NCBI GenBank assembly: GCA_048939245.1
Contig: JBHLPR010000049.1
Coordinates: forward strand, 1-17,365
From: Promethearchaeota archaeon
Lineage (GTDB): Archaea > Asgardarchaeota > Hermodarchaeia > Hermodarchaeales > Hermodarchaeaceae
Reading direction: 5' to 3'
DNA length: 17,365 bases
Both the position numbers and the translations under genes were made by a program. A model generated the notes under the pieces. That model did not search any database, was not told the origin of the DNA, and worked only from the letters and a program-made list of their open reading frames with translations. Below are positions 1 to 7,651 of the stretch, piece by piece. The stretch's first letter is position 1. Every line of letters begins with the position of its first letter.

Positions 1-1
1 A

Positions 2-406
2 GCTCAACTCTTCTCAGCCCTTATACACGCAATTATCCGTTCACTCAATGTCAAAACCAGCAACTCACTCATTAGACAGATGATAACCAACCTATGGCAC
101 CAAATTCTCCCCAAGACACCCAGTGGAAGTCTATCAGACCAGCTTTCCGATGTTGTCCAGGCTCTGGACACTTTTGGATTCTATGCATCCCTCGAACCTG
201 CGGATGACCAGTTTGTAATTTTGGTTCGCAACGATGTGTTTCGCCTTGCGTTGCACGCCCTTCCCGAGGAGCAAGCACATTATTTTCAGCAAGAGTTCTG
301 GAAACGTCTGAAACGAATAGTTGAGGAAATTGAGGTTCGAATCGAGACAGAACAGGATTCAGGCCAGAATCAGCTTCGTGTTTTCGTCGAGGAAAGAAAG
401 GAGTAA
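2..406 (+). CDS. 5'-truncated ORF; probable C-terminal effector domain of an HTH (ArsR/SufR-like) transcriptional regulator
   Basis: Frame 2 is open from base 2 (AQLFSALIHAIIRSLNVKTSNSLIRQ) through the track's ATG at 80 to TAA at 404-406, so the gene probably starts left of the window. LDTFGFYASLE...VILVRNDVFRLAL...PEEQAHYFQQ resembles the L..LGF.P...i.lrNCPF..la...P...C pattern of these regulator domains, recalled from memory. Confidence 0.55.
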   Translation, partial: AQLFSALIHAIIRSLNVKTSNSLIRQMITNLWHQILPKTPSGSLSDQLSDVVQALDTFGFYASLEPADDQFVILVRNDVFRLALHALPEEQAHYFQQEFWKRLKRIVEEIEVRIETEQDSGQNQLRVFVEERKE

Positions 407-412
407 TGAAGG

Positions 413-781
413 ATGTCAATAGGGAAAACTAAGAAATCCATCATTAAGGACGAAAAAATAAGTGATCGCCTTCTCGAAATCGGGAAGGACTACTTATCCG
501 GACAGACTCTAGAAGCTTTGACAGAGCTTTCGAGTCTTGGGCCCATGGAGTTCTCTGATGCCTTCCACGTTCTGGATAAACTTGGACCGGCTATTAGTCG
601 TCGAGAGCAACGCCTTCTGCTAGATCTACTCACAGAAGTTGTAGTCCTCAGCCAATGTGACGTAGGCATGGATAAACATGTTCTCCGCGACTATATGAAG
701 AAACGAATTCGCAACAGCGGGACCTTTGGTGTATTCATCTTTCAGATTATCCAGCAAATCAATGGGCTTCGCCACACCTAG
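413..781 (+). CDS. hypothetical helical protein, probably co-transcribed with the upstream gene
   Basis: 122-aa ORF starting 6 nt after the previous stop, with purine-rich aaggag/gaagg upstream. Amphipathic helical composition; no recognisable motif. Confidence 0.75.
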   Translation: MSIGKTKKSIIKDEKISDRLLEIGKDYLSGQTLEALTELSSLGPMEFSDAFHVLDKLGPAISRREQRLLLDLLTEVVVLSQCDVGMDKHVLRDYMKKRIRNSGTFGVFIFQIIQQINGLRHT

Positions 782-897
782 ACACACCCAGAACTATCTT
801 CAAAAAGAAAGACACATAGGTCAGAAAAGAGTCTGAAAAAGATTCAAGACTAAGAACCCCATACCTGAGCAACAGGCAATCGAAATGTGATATTGCT

Positions 898-2139
898 ATG
901 CGATATGAACTAATCCAGGCAAAATCCCTACTTTCCAAGCCCCGTTATGGAGATGCTTGGTTTCACAGCAATCGCTCCATGAACTCTTACCGAGGCTGCG
1001 AACATGGCTGCGTTTACTGTGATGGCAACTGTCAATACTATCGCATCGAGAATTTTTACACCCATATTCGAATCAAAGAAAATGCTCCCCAAATTCTTCG
1101 AAGGGAATTAGAAAGAGCCAAGTTTCAGTCCCAAAGTAAAATGAAATCGGATACCCTTCTACGATTTGTAGATAACCATGACGCAACGAAAATAATGGAT
1201 CAGGGACCACACAAAATTATCATTGGAGTTTCTGGCGGGGTTTCGGATGCCTACCAACAAGCCGAAGAAGAACACCGAATTACACGTCAAGTCCTTGAAA
1301 CACTCTATGATTTTCAGATGCCGGTCTTTATCCTAACGAAATCCGAAATGGTGTTGCGAGACTTAGATTTATTGAAGGAGATGCACAAACAGGCTTTTGT
1401 CAGTGTATGTTTTAGCATCACGTTACATGATGAGGAAATGAAAGCGATTTTTGAGCCAAAATCTTCAGCGACGTGGGAACGATTTGCTGCTCTAAAACAG
1501 ATTCGAAAGGCAGGATTATTTGGTGGCGTCTTTGCATACCCGTGTATTCCCGTTATTGGCGACACAGAAGAGAATATGCAAAGCCTTGCAAGAGAGGCGA
1601 AAACAGCGGAAGCAGAATTCATCCTATTCTCTGGGATGACTCTCAAACCTGGCCGTCAGAAGGACTATTTCTTCAATGTTGTCCGGCGGCAGGTCCCTAA
1701 GGCATATGATCTTTTACAGCAGATCTATGCGAACAATCACACATATGGATACCCCATTACCGAACTGCTTCCCGTCAATGTAATGATTCAAGGACGAAGA
1801 ATTTGTCAACAGCAAGGAATTTCCGACCGCTCCCTGCGACATCCAATACCTGATGAACCCCCAATTAATACCAGGGTATTAAACCGACTTCTTGATATCG
1901 TCTTCTATAAGTCGATGGTCCTCGGAAACCAAAGAAGGATCTGGCAGCCGTACTATGATGCTGCTATTCGTATTGAGAAAGGTGTTAAGGACCTCACAAA
2001 ACTTGACCAAGAAGGCGTATTAGAAGAACAGCTTGCACTCACTTCAACGATTGCTAATGAGATTCGAGCAATTATCCGCACAGGTTCTTGTACCACGTTA
2101 CGCGATATAATTGCGGAGCTAGATAAGCTAGCGGAATAA
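898..2139 (+). CDS. radical SAM protein, spore photoproduct lyase-like (COG1533/SplB family), with C-terminal PolX-like helical domain
   Basis: SMNSYRGCEHGCVYC contains CxxxCxxC. Family motifs IRIKENAPQIL, VSDAYQQAE, ILTKS..V.RD.D.L, FEP...T..ERF.AL and P.IP.I.D are present. Confidence 0.9.
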   Translation: MRYELIQAKSLLSKPRYGDAWFHSNRSMNSYRGCEHGCVYCDGNCQYYRIENFYTHIRIKENAPQILRRELERAKFQSQSKMKSDTLLRFVDNHDATKIMDQGPHKIIIGVSGGVSDAYQQAEEEHRITRQVLETLYDFQMPVFILTKSEMVLRDLDLLKEMHKQAFVSVCFSITLHDEEMKAIFEPKSSATWERFAALKQIRKAGLFGGVFAYPCIPVIGDTEENMQSLAREAKTAEAEFILFSGMTLKPGRQKDYFFNVVRRQVPKAYDLLQQIYANNHTYGYPITELLPVNVMIQGRRICQQQGISDRSLRHPIPDEPPINTRVLNRLLDIVFYKSMVLGNQRRIWQPYYDAAIRIEKGVKDLTKLDQEGVLEEQLALTSTIANEIRAIIRTGSCTTLRDIIAELDKLAE

Positions 2140-2241
2140 ATCTGTTTTAAGAAGAAAAACCTAAACAATCTATGATGAGATCGGAACACAAAATGTTTCT
2201 TATCTGCCAATTAGATTAAAGATGCAACCTGCTAGCTGATA

Positions 2242-2256
2242 CGAAGGGTTTTATAT
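2242..2256 (+). promoter_or_regulatory. putative archaeal BRE/TATA box for the 2300 gene
   Basis: cgaaggg followed by ttttatat, about 45 nt upstream of the ATG at 2300. Confidence 0.4.
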
Positions 2257-2299
2257 TCTAAATTCGAAGACAGCACATCTAACATGAAGTGGATCTATT

Positions 2300-2578
2300 A
2301 TGACAGATATTGAAACTGTTTCAACACTTCTCTTAATTGCAGGAATACTTCAACTCATATTTGGCGTTCTCTTAATCTTCGGGGTATTGACAATCCCCCT
2401 AGCGATTATTGGAATCGTTTTCGGTGCCCTCTGGCTGCAATGGCGACAGGAGCCCTACGAACATAAGACAGGAATGATTGTCACCGGAATCCTTGGAATA
2501 CTATTCACGGGCTTAGTTCCTGGCATCCTCGCATTAATCGCAGGAGCCATGCTCCCCAACGGAAAAGGTGGGGCATAA
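2300..2578 (+). CDS. small integral membrane protein (DUF4064-like)
   Basis: 92 aa, almost entirely hydrophobic and Gly-rich, with 3-4 TM segments and a C-terminal G.vpGIL.LIAG motif. Confidence 0.8.
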   Translation: MTDIETVSTLLLIAGILQLIFGVLLIFGVLTIPLAIIGIVFGALWLQWRQEPYEHKTGMIVTGILGILFTGLVPGILALIAGAMLPNGKGGA

Positions 2579-2782
2579 AGAAACAACGAAGCTATTGACT
2601 TAGATTCTTTACCACTTGTTTACAGAAACTCACGGCTCTCGTATCAATGCCTGTGCCTAAATTGAGAATGGAAGAACAAGGAGATCTACAAGCGCAATAA
2701 GAGCTACTAGTCGATGATGCCAATATCCCTACAAGCATCTTAACCATTGGAGAGCTATTATCCGAAATCAGTAACAAGGCAC

Positions 2783-3229
2783 CTATTCTTCTGATTTCGC
2801 TGAATTTTTCCACCATGAGGGCACTTTGCCATGTTCGATAAGAGTTTTGATGATGAACGGCATCGAATTGAATTGGGTCATACACAGATTGTATTCATCT
2901 TCGGTGACTTCATAGGTTGGGGGAAGACAATGGAGAAGCATCCCATTTCGACTACCCATCAAATGCTTCACCTTATCACAAGGAAAATCATCGCAAGTCA
3001 TGCAAAACTCAACGCCCCGCTCTATTGCGCAGGGTCGTGCTTTACATTCTTTGTCTGCAAGTTTCCCATCAGCTTTACAACCATCGCATTGAACATTCTC
3101 AGCTGTATAATTTTGATGCCCGAAATATTTCCGCCACCCATCAACAAGCTGTTGACGAGTTTCTTTGGCCGGAGATCTTGCTGCACAAAGGTGGCATCGA
3201 TACCCACAATAACCATGCATCTCAGTCAT
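2783..3229 (-). CDS. DUF3795-family Cys-rich (Zn or Fe-S binding) protein
   Basis: GYCGYRCHLC...CDGC...CKARPCAIERGVEFCMTCDDFPC matches the DUF3795 cysteine pattern. Start taken as ATG 3229; GTG 3238 is an alternative. Confidence 0.85.
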   Translation of the reverse strand: MTEMHGYCGYRCHLCAARSPAKETRQQLVDGWRKYFGHQNYTAENVQCDGCKADGKLADKECKARPCAIERGVEFCMTCDDFPCDKVKHLMGSRNGMLLHCLPPTYEVTEDEYNLCMTQFNSMPFIIKTLIEHGKVPSWWKNSAKSEE

Positions 3230-3295
3230 GTGAACCACAATGAAATAATGTCTATAGCCCCGTTAAGAGCCTAACGATATAGGACACTATCAGCA

Positions 3296-4105
3296 TTAGG
3301 CCATTACTTGGGTTTTAAGAGCGGGAGGCATTTTTTCAATGGCATAGCGGAGGGCTCGTCGAGGCATCTCATCCTTCTTTTCCATCACGTATTCGAATAC
3401 GTGATTTTGAAAATGTTTGGTGGCTTCTTTGAGCATCCATCCGTACCCGTTTTGTACATACTTGCGTGGGTCAAGTAGCATAGCTTCGGCGACATCGAAA
3501 ATATACTTGGAGTGCACCCCACGTCGTAATCCATAGATTAACGAAACTGCTGCAGCTCGAAGAATCCATGGATTATCTGAACTAGCCCAGCTTTTCACCT
3601 TCGATGCAAATTCTGGGAATGCATAGAAGAAATAGCCTAGTGTGTGAGTGCAAAAATCATCGACTCCACCCCAAGTCGACAGATAGAGTTTCGTCCACTT
3701 CTCAAAGAGTGGAAAATGCTGGGGTTCGAACTGGTTTCGGAGCCGATAGGACCAGTCGAAGGCTATGGTTCGATATTCCCAACTCCACTTTTCTAATAGG
3801 GCATTACACAGCGAGAGTATGGTAGTAATGTCTTGAATCCCATCCGCTTTCAGTTCTTGAAAGAGAGAAGCGCTTACCTTTCGAACCGTCGGGACATCAA
3901 GAGCAGCGACCCGTACTCGTCGACTATAATCAGAAGAAAGAGAGACGGGGATGAAGTAATAAAGGCCTTTATAGCCTGATGAGAAGTCCTCATACCAATC
4001 CAGTTTCATGGCTTGTGAAATGACTTCAGGATATCGGTGTGTAGACTTGCTAATTTCGATTAATGCTCGTCTTGTTTTCGCAACTATACCTTCAGGCGTT
4101 GCCAT
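3296..4105 (-). CDS. DNA alkylation repair protein (AlkD-like HEAT-repeat DNA glycosylase family)
   Basis: Motifs VPTVRKVS, WGGVDDFC...LG, WASSDNPWILRAAAV, YVQNGYGWMLKE and MPRRALRYAIEK. Good SD (ggaaggtg) upstream on the minus strand. Confidence 0.9.
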   Translation of the reverse strand: MATPEGIVAKTRRALIEISKSTHRYPEVISQAMKLDWYEDFSSGYKGLYYFIPVSLSSDYSRRVRVAALDVPTVRKVSASLFQELKADGIQDITTILSLCNALLEKWSWEYRTIAFDWSYRLRNQFEPQHFPLFEKWTKLYLSTWGGVDDFCTHTLGYFFYAFPEFASKVKSWASSDNPWILRAAAVSLIYGLRRGVHSKYIFDVAEAMLLDPRKYVQNGYGWMLKEATKHFQNHVFEYVMEKKDEMPRRALRYAIEKMPPALKTQVMA

Positions 4106-4157
4106 GTATTAGCACCTTCCTAATGTAAGTTATCCCGTTCACCCACCAACCGCCACC

Positions 4158-4169
4158 TTTTATTTATAA
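4158..4169. promoter_or_regulatory. AT-rich TATA-like element in the 77-bp divergent spacer
   Basis: ttttatttataa reads as a TATA-like box on both strands between divergently oriented genes. Confidence 0.4.
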
Positions 4170-4182
4170 CGAGGAGTATGGA

Positions 4183-5079
4183 ATGTGGTTTCGTATGGGG
4201 CTTAGGGATTTAGAATATGCATATGAACGATTTCGACTCGATCGTAAAATCATCAAACCCTACGATGATGAGATGGCGATGGTCAGTCGAATCCAAGGCT
4301 ATGAGGCACATTTTTTCCCCTGGACAAGTTGGATACTTACTGCCCTCGGTAGTGTTGGAATGTTCTTTAGTTGGGGAATCATCGCATTTGCCAATCTCTG
4401 GATTTATGGTTCCATATTTTCCTGGATAGTCGTTGATTTAGTTGCAGCATCTTTCCTACTTTTGGGGATTTTTCTCGCTGTAATGTCTTTTTTTCTCCGG
4501 AGAAAGTATATGGTTGTGTCAATTGATGGGATATCACTTCCACGAGTCTTTGGGGATAACCATAATATTCCATGGCCTTCCATCAGGCGAATCACTTTCG
4601 ATGTCAAGGGACTTGATGTTGTTGATCTCATCATCGAACACGATCAACAGAAAACGAAAACAAATCTTTGTTTTTACACGAATATCTATCTAGCTGGTGC
4701 AAAGAAAGAAATCCGATTGGTCCGTGTTCTTCAAGCGTATTTACGATTCCGCGTCTACCGTCAGGATGTTGAACCAATACGACAGCAGATTAAGAGAGAC
4801 CGGACCATATCGCATGGACTTCCCCAAATTCTCGCTGGTATTGTTGTTGGTATCTGGTTCCTGGGAGCTCGAGGGTTGATGTATTTCTTTGGATGGTTGA
4901 TAGTCATCCCTTGTCTTGCAATGGCTTTACCACTATCGTTTCTAGTTCTTTTCGGAGTAAGCATTTACCAAACACGAAGATGGAATAAGAAAATACGAAA
5001 TGCCGTGATCGCATGCATCCTCGGTATCATAATATGCTGTATCATTATCGTTCTGATGATACTACCTCTTCTACCTTAA
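4183..5079 (+). CDS. membrane protein: 2 TM, PH-like (bPH) soluble domain, 3 TM
   Basis: Two hydrophobic helices, then YMVVSIDGISLPRVFG...IPWPSIRRITF (bPH-like l.i...Gi...ipW..I..i pattern), then three more TM helices. gaggag upstream; the start could be 4183 or 4195. Confidence 0.75.
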   Translation: MWFRMGLRDLEYAYERFRLDRKIIKPYDDEMAMVSRIQGYEAHFFPWTSWILTALGSVGMFFSWGIIAFANLWIYGSIFSWIVVDLVAASFLLLGIFLAVMSFFLRRKYMVVSIDGISLPRVFGDNHNIPWPSIRRITFDVKGLDVVDLIIEHDQQKTKTNLCFYTNIYLAGAKKEIRLVRVLQAYLRFRVYRQDVEPIRQQIKRDRTISHGLPQILAGIVVGIWFLGARGLMYFFGWLIVIPCLAMALPLSFLVLFGVSIYQTRRWNKKIRNAVIACILGIIICCIIIVLMILPLLP

Positions 5080-5217
5080 CGATTCGATTAAAGAAAAGTA
5101 AGCTGTAATCCCGAACCATAAGGTTCACATCTGCTCGCTAAATTCAATCTCAGATGCGAATTTCTGAACTTACCGGGTTCCGTGGAAATATATTGGACAT
5201 CTGAACTAGCCACAAAT

Positions 5218-5985
5218 ATGCCATTATCGAAGAATGCAAAGATCATCACTGCAATTGTGGTTATTGCATCTATGGCGATAGCAGTACCAATTATCGGGTT
5301 CTCGCTATTGAACCCTGCTGGTGTTCATTTCACATTGTTAGAGAATGCAGGCGTAATGATTGAGGCAGAGGGTTACCGAATATATGTTGACCCTATCAGT
5401 CTGCCCGATGGTTATGAGAATTTACCTGCCGATGTTGTTCTTATCACTCATCCACACGGTGATCATTATGAGATTGCATCCATTAACTTGATTCAAAAAG
5501 ATAGCACTGTCAATGTCTTCCCAGAAACTATGACAACAGAAATAGCCGTACATGATGGAGTAGGTGTGTCTCCACGGGATGAGCTCCAGTATGGGCCGGT
5601 CAGTATTACTGCGTTCTTTATGTACACCTTTGATGTGGGTGGTGGAGAAGCAAGCCACCCAAGAGAAAGTAACTGGACGAGTTATATCATCGAAATTGGT
5701 GGTGTCATCTTCTTCCATGCTGGCGATTCAAAGAACATCCCCGAATATAGCGAGCTTACTGGCACTATCGATGTGGCCTTACTTCCCTTAGGTCCTGGAT
5801 GTCAGACAATGGCCAACGAAGAAGTAGTGGATGCACTCGATATAATCCAACCCCGATACTTCGTACCTATTCACTACGTTGAAGGAGCTAATATCGAATG
5901 GCTTCAAACCTACGGTCCACAATGTACAATGTGTCAAATCATGAACCTTGCCTACTGGCAAGCTACGAACTTCTTACCAACTTAG
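5218..5985 (+). CDS. MBL-fold metallo-hydrolase (UPF0173/Lactamase_B_3-like) with N-terminal signal or TM anchor
   Basis: IYVDP, THPHGDH, H(PR), HAGD, LLPLG..TM and PIHY motifs. ATG 5218 is preferred over GTG 5182 because it gives MPLSKNAK followed by a hydrophobic helix. Confidence 0.9.
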   Translation: MPLSKNAKIITAIVVIASMAIAVPIIGFSLLNPAGVHFTLLENAGVMIEAEGYRIYVDPISLPDGYENLPADVVLITHPHGDHYEIASINLIQKDSTVNVFPETMTTEIAVHDGVGVSPRDELQYGPVSITAFFMYTFDVGGGEASHPRESNWTSYIIEIGGVIFFHAGDSKNIPEYSELTGTIDVALLPLGPGCQTMANEEVVDALDIIQPRYFVPIHYVEGANIEWLQTYGPQCTMCQIMNLAYWQATNFLPT

Positions 5986-5994
5986 CCAAAGCAT

Positions 5995-6112
5995 TTGCAT
6001 AATCATATGGTCAAGTAACCAAACCGCTCATATGGACCCGGCGATACTATGGTCCGTTTATGGCAAGTCCTATTTGACGGTTCACAACCGGGTCCAGAAG
6101 GTGATTATACAA
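5995..6112. other. nested inverted repeats; candidate structured RNA or MITE-like element
   Basis: Outer arms ttgcataatca (5995-6005) and tgattatacaa (6102-6112) match at 10/11. Inner arms tggacccgg (6033-6041) and ccgggtcca (6088-6096) match at 9/9. Confidence 0.45.
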
Positions 6113-6140
6113 TAATATTTCCTTGAATTTCGGTGATAAC

Positions 6141-6158
6141 GCAAAAGCTTTTATCATA
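6141..6158 (+). promoter_or_regulatory. putative BRE/TATA for the MFS gene
   Basis: gcaaaag-c-ttttatcata, about 80 nt upstream of the ATG at 6235. Confidence 0.45.
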
Positions 6159-6234
6159 TTCTAAGAGTGTATTCTCAAAAAATGAGAATTAACCTAGCGG
6201 ATTGATTCACTCAACAACAAGGACATGAAGCCAG

Positions 6235-7554
6235 ATGAAACCAACGAAGCCTGATCAGAGCACCTTTCGAAACTACCTTCTATTCTGGGGGGGACAACTC
6301 GCCTCGCTAGCGGGTACTAATATTGTTAATTTCAGCTTAACCTGGTGGATTACCATCCAAACCGGAAGCGCATTTTTTCTTGGATTATCCGCATTTTTTG
6401 CCTTTGGAAGTTTCATCTTAATTACCCCTGTTGCTGGGGTTCTCGTCGACCGGTGGTCTCGTAAGAAGGTCATTGTCATTGCGGATAGCCTTCTTGCTTT
6501 ATTGAGTTTCATCTTAGTTCTCCTGTTCTTTTCTGGAATCGCTAATATCATCCATGTGCTCATCATCCAGTTAATTGGAGGATTGGTGGGAGCATTTCAT
6601 GCGATGGCGATCCAAGCAATTATTCCCATCATGGTACCGCACAAACACCTTACTCGGATGAATAGCTTGAACCTATTCGCGACTGCATTTATACAAACCA
6701 TTGGCCCCGGCATCGGAGCTCTTGTATTTCTCATCTTTCTGGGAGAAATGTCTCGCATACTGTTCATCGACATTGGCACATATCTTATCGCCATCGTTCC
6801 CACCCTCCTAGTAACCATTCCTGCAGTTCGTCTGAAAACATCGCTTGAGAAACCTTCATTTAGAAAAGAATTAGCAGAGGGTCTAACCTTCATCCGAAAT
6901 CACTCAGGGCTACTTACTTTGCTTAGTGTTTTTGCCATAACGAATTTCTTACTTCCACCAATCTTCATCTTATTACCTCTCTTTAGCTCTAATTTCCTTG
7001 CACTAGGTGATCTCACTTTGGCAGTGATTTATCTCGCTGCGTTGATGTCGTTACAGAGTGGTAGTATGATGGTGGCATCAGCGGTGATGATGGTATGGGG
7101 TGGATTCAAGCGAAATATTATTGGAGTGTTTATTGGAATCTTTATTGGTGCCCTGGGTACAATCATACTCGCCTTTAACCCACCAGGCGTATTTTGGATT
7201 GCCGCGTTGGGCATCATCCTCATGGGATTTACTCTCCCCATCTCTAACGTCTCAAGTCAGACCATCTGGCAAAAACTTGTTCCCCCCGAAAAGATTGGTC
7301 GAGTATTTTCGGTTCGACAAACAGTTGCTCAATTTACAGCACCATTCTCATTTCTTGTAGCAGGTTTCCTTGCCCAGCTATTCTCGATTCCTCTTATCTT
7401 CTTGGTTTTTGGTTCAACCCTAATCGGTGTGTTGCTGATAGCTTGGATCTTCACAGGTCTCCCCCGAGTTGAAGAACACCTCGTAGTCGAGGAAACAATA
7501 GCAGAAACAAATCAGATGTCAGTTGACCAAGGCACAGAGACACCAGATACTTGA
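6235..7554 (+). CDS. MFS transporter, DHA3/MefA-like efflux family
   Basis: About 12 TM segments. FWGGQLASLAG, motif A GVLVDRWSRKKV, AIIPIMVP...LTR.N, ELAEGL.FI and Q..VPPE..GRVFS are present. Confidence 0.92.
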   Translation: MKPTKPDQSTFRNYLLFWGGQLASLAGTNIVNFSLTWWITIQTGSAFFLGLSAFFAFGSFILITPVAGVLVDRWSRKKVIVIADSLLALLSFILVLLFFSGIANIIHVLIIQLIGGLVGAFHAMAIQAIIPIMVPHKHLTRMNSLNLFATAFIQTIGPGIGALVFLIFLGEMSRILFIDIGTYLIAIVPTLLVTIPAVRLKTSLEKPSFRKELAEGLTFIRNHSGLLTLLSVFAITNFLLPPIFILLPLFSSNFLALGDLTLAVIYLAALMSLQSGSMMVASAVMMVWGGFKRNIIGVFIGIFIGALGTIILAFNPPGVFWIAALGIILMGFTLPISNVSSQTIWQKLVPPEKIGRVFSVRQTVAQFTAPFSFLVAGFLAQLFSIPLIFLVFGSTLIGVLLIAWIFTGLPRVEEHLVVEETIAETNQMSVDQGTETPDT

Positions 7555-7589
7555 ATCCCAAGAGTAGGTCATCGTTGCGGTATCTGGGA

Positions 7590-7611
7590 AATTTCGGGAT
7601 AATTTCAGGAT
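7590..7611 (+). repeat. tandem 11-bp direct repeat upstream of a promoter-like element
   Basis: aatttcgggat / aatttcaggat, 10/11 identical, immediately followed by caaaagtttta. Confidence 0.5.
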
Positions 7612-7651
7612 AGGTACAAAAGTTTTAGGCAGGAAAAACGGGAGTTGAGGT

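Noticed and set aside
898-2139. Calling the radical SAM gene splB or the glycosylase alkD
   Set aside because: Only family-level similarity is visible; orthology and substrate cannot be established from motifs.
2172-2239. Possible C/D box sRNA (atgatga ... ctga)
   Set aside because: No convincing internal D'/C' boxes, spacers longer than typical archaeal guides, and no terminal stem.
2592-2885. Track ORF on the minus strand, and a coding-like plus frame at 2602-2790
   Set aside because: It overlaps the DUF3795 gene end and has no recognisable motif. The plus frame has a stop at 2698 and no family I can name.
2831-3274. Long antisense or alternate-frame ORFs (also 72-419, 1314-1646, 2917-3243, 7687-8151, 9778-10137, 14883-15287, 16309-16671 and similar)
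   Set aside because: They are shadows of better-supported genes and have no motifs or start signals of their own.
5113-5180. Three small hairpins upstream of the MBL gene (gaacc/ggttc, catctg/cagatg, gaact/ggttc)
   Set aside because: Stems are only 5-6 bp with no closing stem, within chance expectation, and not a tRNA cloverleaf.
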